From Minisyncoccota bacterium (GTDB lineage: Bacteria; Patescibacteriota; Minisyncoccia; Phycocordibacterales; UBA1550): DNA of 64,000 nt. Positions 49,863 through 60,845 of the stretch are shown here, one piece after another (positions within the stretch are counted from its first letter, which is position 1; every line of letters starts with the position of its first letter). The translations under genes were made by a program, and so were the position numbers. The notes below the pieces were generated by a model. It was not told the origin of the DNA. It worked only from the letters and a program-made list of their open reading frames with translations, and did no database searches. The DNA lies in contig JBAZWZ010000001.1 of assembly GCA_041660105.1 (NCBI GenBank), forward strand, positions 523 to 64,522, read 5' to 3'.

Positions 49863-50747
49863 CTACAGCTCCCTCTCTGCTTCAATGAACTCCATTATCT
49901 CCCCATCCTCGAGAACAGCGTCAACATTTGAGGTCTCTACATCTGTGCGATGGTCCTTTACCATCTTGTAGGGATGGAGGACATACGAGCGGATCTGGTT
50001 CCCCCATTCAATCTCCGTGGTCTTACTAATATACATACCACTCTCTGCTGCCTTCCTCTCGTCGTCCTGCTTTTTAAAAAGTTTACCTTTGAGAATTTGA
50101 ATTGCCTTCTCGCGATTCTGCTCCTGAGAGCGCTCAGTCTCTACGTGTACGGCAATATTGGTCGGAATATGCACCACACGCACGGCAGTCTCGCGTTTGT
50201 TTACATTTTGCCCTCCGGGACCTGACGAACGGCTGAATTCGATTCTAATATCGTCAGCAGGGATTACAATCTCATCGTTTGCGCCGTCCTTGAAATCGGG
50301 AATAACTTCAACCATCGAAAACGAAGTATGACGAAGGCTCTTCGCATTAAAAGGAGAGATGCGCACGAGGCGATGCACGCCCGATTCGTTTTTGAGCATA
50401 CCGTATACATTCTTCCCGTGAATCTCGAGCGTGATGTTGCGATAGCCACCGTGATCGTTTTTGTTTTCGTGGAGAAGTTTCACTTCGAAATTTTGTTTCT
50501 CAAAAAACTTGAGATACATACGCACGAGCATCCCCGAAAAATCCTCTGCATCATCCCCACCTGCGCCTGAGAAAATAGTCATCACCGCATTGCCACGGTC
50601 GTACTTGCCGACACCTGCGATTTTTTCCTTGAGCTCTGCGATTTCCTTGATGACAGCTTGCGCGCGAGCTTTGTCAGACCAAAAATCCACCGAGGCCATT
50701 TCAGCTTCGAGTTCTACAATTTTCGCTTGGAGTTCTTCTTTTGACAT
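49863..50747 (-). CDS. prfB: Peptide chain release factor 2, shortened domain 1
   Basis: GVHRLVRISPF (SPF), RHTSF, GGQNVNK, QIRSYV. Confidence 0.9.
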   Translation of the reverse strand: MSKEELQAKIVELEAEMASVDFWSDKARAQAVIKEIAELKEKIAGVGKYDRGNAVMTIFSGAGGDDAEDFSGMLVRMYLKFFEKQNFEVKLLHENKNDHGGYRNITLEIHGKNVYGMLKNESGVHRLVRISPFNAKSLRHTSFSMVEVIPDFKDGANDEIVIPADDIRIEFSRSSGPGGQNVNKRETAVRVVHIPTNIAVHVETERSQEQNREKAIQILKGKLFKKQDDERKAAESGMYISKTTEIEWGNQIRSYVLHPYKMVKDHRTDVETSNVDAVLEDGEIMEFIEAEREL

Positions 50748-50812
50748 AATGAGCAGTATAACAGAAAATGCCCCTGATTCGACAGAGTCGAATCAGGGGC
50801 ATTTTCATTTAG

Positions 50813-50885
50813 AGCCAACCCCGGGAATTGAACCCGGAACCTACGGTTTACGATACCGTTGCTCTACCAGTTGAGCTAGGTCGGC
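50813..50885 (-). tRNA. tRNA-Thr(CGT)
   Basis: Cloverleaf GCCGACC...GGTTGGC-T; anticodon arm ACGGT-ATCGTAA-ACCGT. Confidence 0.92.
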
Positions 50886-50978
50886 AAAAACAGTCAAAAG
50901 TCCAAAGTGTAAAGTCGAAAGTAAACTCAATAATGCATTTACTTTTACTTTATGAACTTTATGGACTTTCAACTGTCC

Positions 50979-51054
50979 TGGAGCCGCTGATCGGGATTGA
51001 ACCGATGACCTCGTCCTTACCAAGGACGCACTCTACCAACTGAGCTACAACGGC
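50979..51054 (-). tRNA. tRNA-Thr(GGT)
   Basis: Cloverleaf with CGTCC-TTGGTAA-GGACG; encoded CCA. Confidence 0.95.
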
Positions 51055-51200
51055 TTATTATACTTTTGTAACATTCTGGCATTATCAGCCAAAACAGTTA
51101 CAACGGCTTATTTTGACACTTGGTCACAATACACTATTCAGCCTCTTTTTTCAATAAAACAAAAAGGGTCGTACATGACGACCCTTTTAATCTCCTACTA

Positions 51201-51380
51201 TTACTGAGCAGCTGCGAGGATTTCCCGCAGAGGCTCATTTGACCCTGCTTCAACTACACAGAGGACAGCCATCGCTTGATCATGGCTGACGGGGTGCCCC
51301 GACACACACGGACAAACCTTCATAATTTCGCTTTCCGGATCAAGATATTCCTTTGCATCTCCACAAAGACAACAATTCAT
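51201..51380 (-). CDS. Small Cys-rich hypothetical protein
   Basis: MNCCLC...CPC after an AGGAG RBS. Confidence 0.4.
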   Translation of the reverse strand: MNCCLCGDAKEYLDPESEIMKVCPCVSGHPVSHDQAMAVLCVVEAGSNEPLREILAAAQ

Positions 51381-51772
51381 TTTTTTCTCCTGTGAACAAA
51401 TCAGCCTGCACAATACCATAAATTATACGACCGCGCAAATACAGAAAAACCTAACGAAAATTCATTAGGTTTTTCTGTATTTGCGCGGTCGATGGTCCGC
51501 GGTCACGAGTTACTAAGTGTGCTCAGGTGAGTACACCCTGCGCGCACTAAGTACTCTCGACCCCGCCTCACTGTCGCCTTGCGACATGCTCCCGATTTCT
51601 TACACGGTACTCCGAGTGTTGAAATCGCAGTGCCCTAGATTTATCGTGGCTTACGGCTTTCGAGTCTCCTCGCGGTTCGATTTTCTAATCGCCAGCGCAA
51701 GTGAAGCAGTTCACTTGCTTCGACCGCGCAAATACAAAAAATCACGGCAATTGCCGTGATTTTTTGTATTTG

Positions 51773-51846
51773 CGCGGTCGATGGGACTCGAACCCACGAC
51801 CCCTCACGTGACAGGCGAGTGCTCTAACCAGCTGAGCTACGACCGC
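51773..51846 (-). tRNA. tRNA-Asp(GTC)
   Basis: Cloverleaf with CTCGC-CTGTCAC-GTGAG. Confidence 0.93.
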
Positions 51847-52057
51847 AAATTGTACTTCTTCTGCAACCTGACCCTTCTCATTTAGTCCGATATGCACTCG
51901 CCGAGGCGAACGCTCGCTATCTTCTTAATCTGAGCTGAGCTACGACCGCAAATTTTACTCTTTCTGCAACCAAACCTAACTCATTTAATCCGATATGCAC
52001 TCGCCTAGGCGAGTGCTCGCTATTTTCTTAATCTGAGCTGAGCTACGACCGCAAATT
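51830..52057. repeat. 103-bp tandem repeat built from the 5' half of tRNA-Asp
   Basis: AGCTGAGCTACGACCGCAAATT at 51830, 51933 and 52036. Confidence 0.9.
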
Positions 52058-52105
52058 TACTACTTTTGCATTCTAGCAGGAAACGTTCCGCGAAACAAAT
52101 GCGGG

Positions 52106-52177
52106 TGCCGATGAGTGGAATCGAACCACTGTCTAGGGCTTATGAGTCCCTCGTTCTGACCATTGAACTACACCGGC
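52106..52177 (-). tRNA. tRNA with CAT anticodon (elongator Met or Ile2)
   Basis: GCCGGTG...CATCGGC-A; AGGGA-CTCATAA-GCCCT. Confidence 0.88.
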
Positions 52178-52184
52178 TATAATT

Positions 52185-52865
52185 TTAATACTTCTTTTTT
52201 ACTGCATCAATCAACCCAAGTACTTCATATTTCAACCTAGAACTCTTTCGTACCTGCAAAGATAGGATACCATAATATGAATCATAATTCTCGTACACCT
52301 TTTTTTGCTTTATTTTTAGGAACACCTGATTCCCGAATTGCTCAATTGGTAGCTTCAACAGAACAGACCAGTATTCGATAACTTTCATAATCCTCGGACG
52401 ATGTATCTCGTTGATAAATATCCTCGGCATAAACTCCTCATCCTTTACGTTTAACACCCTCTCGTACCATTTCTTCATGACAAGAATAATTTCTGGATCA
52501 GAGTTAACAATCGCGAGTGCACTTCTGTCACTCTTTGTTCCCTCACCCCAGTAAAGACCTATGCCGAGCATGAGGAGATCCCTTTCAGTCATCTGACCAA
52601 CGGTCTCATAAGCTTTCTTTTTACAAACACTCATCCTATCCTGTTTCTTTTTGTGGTTCATTTCTGCACCAATCATTCTGCCCTTATGCCCAGCGCTTAT
52701 CGAATTCTGCGTAAGCTTATCTTTTTGCTTTTGAGATAAAACTATATCCTGACACCAGATACTCGCTGACCCTTTTGACACACCGAGTTCGGCTGCAATT
52801 GCTCCAATACTCCACCCTTTCTTTCTCAATTTTTGAGCCCTTATCTTTTCCTGGAACTTAGCCAT
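52185..52865 (-). CDS. HTH plus LAGLIDADG-like protein
   Basis: N-terminal HTH (LRKKGWSIGAIAAELGVSKGS); LGIGLYWGEG and NSDP motifs. Confidence 0.65.
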   Translation of the reverse strand: MAKFQEKIRAQKLRKKGWSIGAIAAELGVSKGSASIWCQDIVLSQKQKDKLTQNSISAGHKGRMIGAEMNHKKKQDRMSVCKKKAYETVGQMTERDLLMLGIGLYWGEGTKSDRSALAIVNSDPEIILVMKKWYERVLNVKDEEFMPRIFINEIHRPRIMKVIEYWSVLLKLPIEQFGNQVFLKIKQKKVYENYDSYYGILSLQVRKSSRLKYEVLGLIDAVKKKY

Positions 52866-52957
52866 ATATACTATAATATCAGCTGTTCTAAAATAATCAA
52901 GGTGTGCGAATAAAGAATAACAGGTGTTATATGAACACCTGTTATTCTTTATTCGTG

Positions 52958-53028
52958 TTGCGGGGGCCCGAATCGAACGGGCGTCTTCAGGTTATGAGCC
53001 TGATGAGATACCGCTTCTCTACCCCGCT
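52958..53028 (-). tRNA. Initiator tRNA-fMet(CAT)
   Basis: 1:72 mismatch, GCGGGG/CCCCGC acceptor stem, TCAGG-CTCATAA-CCTGA. Confidence 0.88.
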
Positions 53029-53229
53029 ATGTCTACCTATAACCAAATTTTCACTAAATCTCAATAGCGGCGAGATGACGCTTCCGAACCAGCTGGTTCG
53101 CCCCGGGTCATACCCGCTATGCTTCATTAATGAGAGACCCAACTATACCACCTTAGCCAAATTTTGCAAGGGTTAAACGCAAAGCGCTTTACCCACTTTT
53201 GACTTTAAGACTTTTGACTTTCGACTAGT

Positions 53230-53895
53230 TTAAAGATACCCCAACTCCTTAAACGCATTCTCAAACTTCGCGATAGTATCGCGCGCCACCTTCGCGGAAA
53301 GCTCTTCCCCTAGTGTTTCCCCGTGCGCAATTTTATTACGGAGTAGATGTGCTTCCCAAACTTGATCATATGAAGCAATCCTTGTGCGACTCATCCCCTT
53401 CAGTTTCTCAGCGACCGTCTCCCCCACATACCCCATATCTTCAAGTACCTCGCTCAAAATATTATCAGCCTCGAGTATCGCAAGTTTCCACTCTGCGGGA
53501 TTTTCTGAATTAAGATGCTCCTGTATGATTTGCCAATTGATTGACTTCCCTGTTGCCTCTGCTTCTGCAATTTTAATTGGCTTATACTTTTCGTGTTCTT
53601 TATGATGAATCTCACGAATACGCAGTGTCGCCCAAAATGCCCCCGCGAGAAATAAAATTCCAAGAACCGCAAGTGGGGTTTGAATAGATAAAATGAAATT
53701 TTGTATTACTTCTAGAGGAACTTTCCCCATGAGATACGCGAGGATTGTTGCGGGTGCCTCGCCTGACGAGATGGTGTCTGCATTGAGCGATATGATATTG
53801 TTACTTACCCAAATAAACAAAATAATACCAAGAACAACACTAACATCGCGAACGAGTGTGTCTGGAGCTAGAGCTGTTGGTGCGTCGTGAGCCAT
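53230..53895 (-). CDS. Conserved hypothetical membrane protein
   Basis: Two TM, W..AILEAD, AH..RNKIAH (HEPN-like RxxxxH). Confidence 0.7.
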   Translation of the reverse strand: MAHDAPTALAPDTLVRDVSVVLGIILFIWVSNNIISLNADTISSGEAPATILAYLMGKVPLEVIQNFILSIQTPLAVLGILFLAGAFWATLRIREIHHKEHEKYKPIKIAEAEATGKSINWQIIQEHLNSENPAEWKLAILEADNILSEVLEDMGYVGETVAEKLKGMSRTRIASYDQVWEAHLLRNKIAHGETLGEELSAKVARDTIAKFENAFKELGYL

Positions 53896-53912
53896 ATAAT
53901 AAATTATACCAT

Positions 53913-55337
53913 CTATTCTTGTGTTTTCTCAAAGTCCTTCCCTGTTGCAAAGAGAGCACTCTCTCCGAAATGAGGTGCGATGAACTGAATACCAAGAGGA
54001 AGCTTCGATCCCTCTTCGTCTACAAATCCCGAAGGAATCGAGATTGCTGGAACCCCCGCAATATTGACGGGTACGGTGAAGATATCAGCAAGGTACATAG
54101 CGAGCGGATCACTCGACTTCTCCCCAATCTTAAATGCTGGGGTTGGGGCAGTTGGTGTGGCGATAATATCCACTCCCTTAAATGCTTCTGCGAGATCGCG
54201 TTTGAGCATCTCCTGCACAGCGCGTGCACGACCATAGTATGCATCATAGTATCCTGATGAAAGTACATAGGTACCGAGGAGAATACGGCGACGCACTTCA
54301 CGGCCGAATCCTTCCCCACGCGACTTCATATAATCCTCAAGGAGGTTTGCACCATCCGCGTGATAGCCATAACGCACACCATCAAGGCGAGCAAGATTAG
54401 AAGATACTTCAGCTGGCATCAAAATATAATAAACGGAAAGTCCGTGTGCGAGTGTTGGCAGAGAAATTTCCTTCACTTCATAACCAGCTTTTTTCATAGC
54501 CTCAAGCGACTCTTCAAAGTTTTTCAAAACATGTGGATCCACACCTTTTGCGTGAACAAATTCTGTGGGAACGCCGATTATTTTTGGTTTGCTATAATTT
54601 TTCGACGCGAGATTATCTGGGTACGATGTACTATCAAGTGGATCATATCCCTTGATACAATCAAAAATTATTTCTGCATCTTCGACAGTCTTTGCAAAAG
54701 GGCCCGCTTGGTCAAGGGAACTCGCCATCGCGATGAGCCCTGAGCGGGACACACTGCCGTATGTAGGTTTGAGTCCCACTACTCCACAGAAAGACGCTGG
54801 CTGACGAATAGAGCCACCTGTGTCGGTCCCAAGGGCACCAAGGCAAGCGTTAGCTGCAAGAGCCGCAGCTGAGCCACCCGATGAACCTCCTGGCACACAC
54901 GTGATGTCGTGCGGATTTTTTGTTACCCCAAATGCTGATGTCTCCGTCGAGCCACCCATTGCAAACTCGTCCATATTCGTACGTCCGACAAACACTGCTC
55001 CCGCTTCGCGAAGCTTCTTCGTCACACCCGCATCATATGTCGCGCGATAATTCTCAAGCATCTTCGATGACGCACTTGCGATTTTACCCTTGATCAAAAT
55101 GTTATCCTTCATCGCGACAGGGATTCCTGTCATCATCGTTGCGCGACCTTCGTCAATCATCTTCTGTGCAACCTCGGCTTGCGCACGCACATCATCAAAG
55201 ATTTCGAGGTATGCATTGAGATCACGTGTGTCCTCTGCAACTTTGAGCACCACTTCAGCAAGCTCAAGCACACTCATTTTTTTATTAACGAGAAGTTCGT
55301 GCGCTTGCTTGATGGTGAGATTTTTAAGGTCAATCAT
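53913..55337 (-). CDS. gatA: Asp/Glu-tRNA amidotransferase subunit A
   Basis: TNMDEFAMG, PGGSSGGS, DTGGSIRQPA, RRILLGTYVLS. Confidence 0.97.
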   Translation of the reverse strand: MIDLKNLTIKQAHELLVNKKMSVLELAEVVLKVAEDTRDLNAYLEIFDDVRAQAEVAQKMIDEGRATMMTGIPVAMKDNILIKGKIASASSKMLENYRATYDAGVTKKLREAGAVFVGRTNMDEFAMGGSTETSAFGVTKNPHDITCVPGGSSGGSAAALAANACLGALGTDTGGSIRQPASFCGVVGLKPTYGSVSRSGLIAMASSLDQAGPFAKTVEDAEIIFDCIKGYDPLDSTSYPDNLASKNYSKPKIIGVPTEFVHAKGVDPHVLKNFEESLEAMKKAGYEVKEISLPTLAHGLSVYYILMPAEVSSNLARLDGVRYGYHADGANLLEDYMKSRGEGFGREVRRRILLGTYVLSSGYYDAYYGRARAVQEMLKRDLAEAFKGVDIIATPTAPTPAFKIGEKSSDPLAMYLADIFTVPVNIAGVPAISIPSGFVDEEGSKLPLGIQFIAPHFGESALFATGKDFEKTQE

Positions 55338-55338
55338 A

Positions 55339-55623
55339 TTACAAAATTTTCTTTACTGAGAGGAGATTGCCCTCACGCGCTGGCGCTTGGCTCAAGATGT
55401 CTTCAGTAAAGATTCCTGCTTCGTGAGCCCCCTCGTCCTCACGCATCACGTTATGAAGTTCCCCAGCCTCAGGAATAGGCATTTCAGCAGCAACCTCCTT
55501 TATTTGAGAAATGTACTCCAAAATCTCTTCGAGATCGTGCCTCAAAACCTCTTTCTCACTATCTGAAACAGCAATACGAGCAAGCCCCGCAAGGTGTTCT
55601 ACGTCAGTTAATGCAATGGCCAT
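55339..55623 (-). CDS. gatC: Amidotransferase subunit C
   Basis: VEHLAGLARI, NVMRED; upstream of gatA. Confidence 0.92.
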   Translation of the reverse strand: MAIALTDVEHLAGLARIAVSDSEKEVLRHDLEEILEYISQIKEVAAEMPIPEAGELHNVMREDEGAHEAGIFTEDILSQAPAREGNLLSVKKIL

Positions 55624-55718
55624 ATTCGCGAGTATACCACGATTTGCGACTGTTTTGAAATTATTTATATAAAACCCCGAGACGATGTGTCTCGGGGTTG
55701 GGACTAAAGATTCTTATT

Positions 55719-56333
55719 TTATTGTTTTGGAATAACTAGACGATATTGACGTGCAGCAAGCCAGACGTTATTGTCCACATAAGGACGCGGGTAGGAAAGG
55801 ACCTCCATATCATAGGAGTCAACAGTCGCCACAGCTACGACAAGGTTGTCTTGTGTTGCGGGTTTCGATTCGTCCTTTTTGTGCAGAAAGAAGGTAGCGC
55901 CTGCACTCCTGGGCCCGCAAAGTTTGCCAAAATTCATCACGCAGAAGTCCTCTCTTTGTTGCTCAGTCATCCACAACCTCTCCAAATCAACCCCGACTGA
56001 GTTCAACAATCTCGAAAAGTTGGCATCTTCCACAATTTCAAACACCCAAAATTCCTTGTCAAACGCGGTGATTACCTCGTCGGCATAAAGCTGACGAAGG
56101 ATAATAGTTATTTTGGTAACCACTTTTACCCAGCAGGGTTCCTTGCGGTTGAATTTCTTGAGTTCCACAAGTACCTCTTCTCCAATTTCTGGATTGAGGA
56201 GATTTGTGATTAAAGTGATAAGCGGTTTGAGAAAGACCCAAAGCGCTTTTCTGAGCATGTTGAGTTCCATGGTCAGCTTCCTTTCCTTTTTATCCCCTCT
56301 TTCGTTCGGGTAAACGAGTGCCTTAAACTTCAA
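55719..56333 (-). CDS. Hypothetical protein
   Basis: ORF; ELKKFNRKEPCW; start uncertain (possibly 56270). Confidence 0.55.
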   Translation of the reverse strand: MKFKALVYPNERGDKKERKLTMELNMLRKALWVFLKPLITLITNLLNPEIGEEVLVELKKFNRKEPCWVKVVTKITIILRQLYADEVITAFDKEFWVFEIVEDANFSRLLNSVGVDLERLWMTEQQREDFCVMNFGKLCGPRSAGATFFLHKKDESKPATQDNLVVAVATVDSYDMEVLSYPRPYVDNNVWLAARQYRLVIPKQ

Positions 56334-56361
56334 AGAACTAAAATCATTCTATATTAAATTG

Positions 56362-58455
<2,094 letters not shown>

Positions 58456-58884
58456 TTAAATACTAATCTTAAGCCCACGTTCCACAACGCGAGGATTTGT
58501 CGAGGTAGCTGCACAAGAAGTGTTGTACCCGCGAGCTGTGGTTGTCGTCGCTGTCCCTTCCATAGCAACTATCACATTCACACAACCACCTTGTGCTCCG
58601 ACGTCTACCGTAAACGACCCGATTTGCGCGATAGGGTCCCAGCCTGCTATCACCGCACCAAAACAAGATGCTGAAGGGGTTGGATGAAGCTCCCAATAGA
58701 GAGCACACTCAATCCCAGAATCAGCTGCAGCAAAAGCGATTTGTGTTTGTTTCCAAAATGAAGCAAAGAGCATCTCTTTGTAGGTGCGTTCATACACACC
58801 GAGCCCAATAGCCAACGCAGCGCCACCAACCAAAATAGCAATGAGTAGCACAGAGCCTCTGTTGTATAGTTTGTGTTTAATCAT
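58456..58884 (-). CDS. PilX-like minor pilin
   Basis: RG|SVLLIA, AFAAADSGIECALY. Confidence 0.75.
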   Translation of the reverse strand: MIKHKLYNRGSVLLIAILVGGAALAIGLGVYERTYKEMLFASFWKQTQIAFAAADSGIECALYWELHPTPSASCFGAVIAGWDPIAQIGSFTVDVGAQGGCVNVIVAMEGTATTTTARGYNTSCAATSTNPRVVERGLKISI

Positions 58885-59474
58885 ATTTGCCAATTAAAAA
58901 TATTCTCGGAAAAAGCGACGGTTCCCGTGTCTCCTCCTGTTCTCCATGTGACAGTCGAAGTAACATTCTTTTCAATCCCCGCCACAACATCTGCTATCGT
59001 CACTGTCCTCGTAAACTGAGTCGTGGTTGCGGTTACGGTCCCTTGCTCATATAGTCCTGTACCGCTGTCAATATACACGTTTGAATCAGTGAGTAATACA
59101 ACTGGCGGGTCGTTTTTTAGATTGACCATATAATTTCCAGCGGTGATATTTGTGTCCCATGCTCCCACTGCTAGCATGTTGCTATCTCTCACTTGCCGCA
59201 CGGCTTCAATCCCCTCTTGAGCAAGATTGATTGCGATCATTTGGTCTTTTGAATAATAAAGTTTATGAGTTGCATCTCCAATAAGTGAGATGGGCCCAAC
59301 AACCGCAACGAGTAATATTGAGATTGCGATAAGGGTTTCAATGAGGGTGAATGCGCGAGTACGCGCACAACTGACCACTGACAACTTACAACTTACGGCA
59401 GATTTTCGCATAGCGAAAATCTGCTTATTGGGTATCAGTTGTTCTTTATTAGTTGTTAGTTGTGTATTCAGCAT
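58881..59474 (-). CDS. PilV-like minor pilin
   Basis: RA|FTLIETLIA, LAQEGIE.VR..RD. Confidence 0.85.
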   Translation of the reverse strand: MLNTQLTTNKEQLIPNKQIFAMRKSAVSCKLSVVSCARTRAFTLIETLIAISILLVAVVGPISLIGDATHKLYYSKDQMIAINLAQEGIEAVRQVRDSNMLAVGAWDTNITAGNYMVNLKNDPPVVLLTDSNVYIDSGTGLYEQGTVTATTTQFTRTVTIADVVAGIEKNVTSTVTWRTGGDTGTVAFSENIFNWQI

Positions 59475-59515
59475 TTTGTCAGTTGTTAGTGGTCAGTGGT
59501 CAGTTGTTCCTATCC

Positions 59516-60118
59516 CTAATTATCATTTACTCGCTGTGTTATCGTGGTCTGCACTTTAAATCCAGTAGCGACACCTCCTGCATTAATATTACCATCAATA
59601 ACGACAGTCGCCATTGGTTGCTTGGTATCAGGCGCTAAAAAAATTGCACTCCCTGAAACATAGACTTGGAAATTTGTAATAGTGATCTCTGGGGAAGTCG
59701 CTTGAATTATGGGCTCCACTCCAACAGAGCGCCAAATGGCGCCGTCAGCCAAAGAATATTGTACTCTTTCTCCCGCCTGGTTGGTGAAAAATAATGTGTT
59801 TCCAGCCGCACCAGAAGTAGGGCAATCATTCACTGCATTTAGTGCTCCCCCGCCATCCCCACACCAATAACTTGTCCCTGTCTTAATATTTCGCGACATA
59901 TCCTCAAGAGCAATATTGAGATTGTCGGCTGCGATTCGCACTGCACGGGACTTCCTGTCTGATTGTACGACAGACAATAGACTGCTGGTTGCTATAAACA
60001 TTACAATAGTAAATAGCCCCAAGGATACGGTCATCTCAATAAGGGTAAACCCGCCTAAGTTTTTCTTTCGAGAAAAATTTTGGTGGGTGAAGCCATTTTT
60101 TGCGCGTAAATTTTTCAT
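59516..60118 (-). CDS. PilW/PulJ-like minor pilin
   Basis: GG|FTLIEM, QTTITQR. Confidence 0.85.
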   Translation of the reverse strand: MKNLRAKNGFTHQNFSRKKNLGGFTLIEMTVSLGLFTIVMFIATSSLLSVVQSDRKSRAVRIAADNLNIALEDMSRNIKTGTSYWCGDGGGALNAVNDCPTSGAAGNTLFFTNQAGERVQYSLADGAIWRSVGVEPIIQATSPEITITNFQVYVSGSAIFLAPDTKQPMATVVIDGNINAGGVATGFKVQTTITQRVNDN

Positions 60119-60119
60119 A

Positions 60120-60845
60120 TTACTGGATCGAGATTTGTCCCGCTTTTGTTATCTTCACTACAGCAGTCCTTCCAGAAATGGAATCAGATATGGTAATAGA
60201 GACAAAACTGAAAGAGATAATTGGGTTCTCGACACTTTCGGCAATAAACGCGTCTGGATTGGGACGTCTAAAAGTAACATTTGCTATATTGTAACTACAG
60301 GGAGTTCCCCCGCACGAAAGCTCTGTAATAGCGATATTGTTTGTCCAATTCACGCTGACATTTTGAAGATTGGCGTCAATCCCATTGTCATACACACGGT
60401 TGCTATTAAGATCAGCAAATACAACAACGCCATTTGCTCCCTGAGAAAAGTGTACTCCATAGGAGCAATCAAATGTTGTCACGCCTCCTGCGCATACCGT
60501 TCCACTCCCCTTTGCCCCTGCTCCATACACTTGCGCCTGACGAAGCGCGAGGACAATATTTTCAGACGCATTGGCAAAAAGTGCATTTGAATCGTAATTG
60601 CGATAATTTGAAAGCACAACTCCTGTCAATAACATAAAGACACCGATGACGATAAGAATTTCGACGAGGGTGAATGCGCGATTACGCACACAACTGACAT
60701 TTGACAACTGACAACTGACCGCAGATTTTCGCGTCGCGAAAATCTGCTTGTAATATGTCCGCATAGCGGCCTGCCCCGTAGGAAGTAGGCTCTTTTTAGC
60801 CGTAAGTTCCAGCGGGGTGTCAGTTGTCAGTTGTTCTTTAATCAT
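60120..60845 (-). CDS. FimT/GspH-like minor pilin
   Basis: RA|FTLVEIL, LRQAQ, SYGVHF, TKAGQI. Confidence 0.82.
   Translation of the reverse strand: MIKEQLTTDTPLELTAKKSLLPTGQAAMRTYYKQIFATRKSAVSCQLSNVSCVRNRAFTLVEILIVIGVFMLLTGVVLSNYRNYDSNALFANASENIVLALRQAQVYGAGAKGSGTVCAGGVTTFDCSYGVHFSQGANGVVVFADLNSNRVYDNGIDANLQNVSVNWTNNIAITELSCGGTPCSYNIANVTFRRPNPDAFIAESVENPIISFSFVSITISDSISGRTAVVKITKAGQISIQ

Noticed and set aside
50748-50812. prfB programmed frameshift leader
   Set aside because: No CTTTGA site or upstream ORF; the region is a tRNA terminator hairpin.
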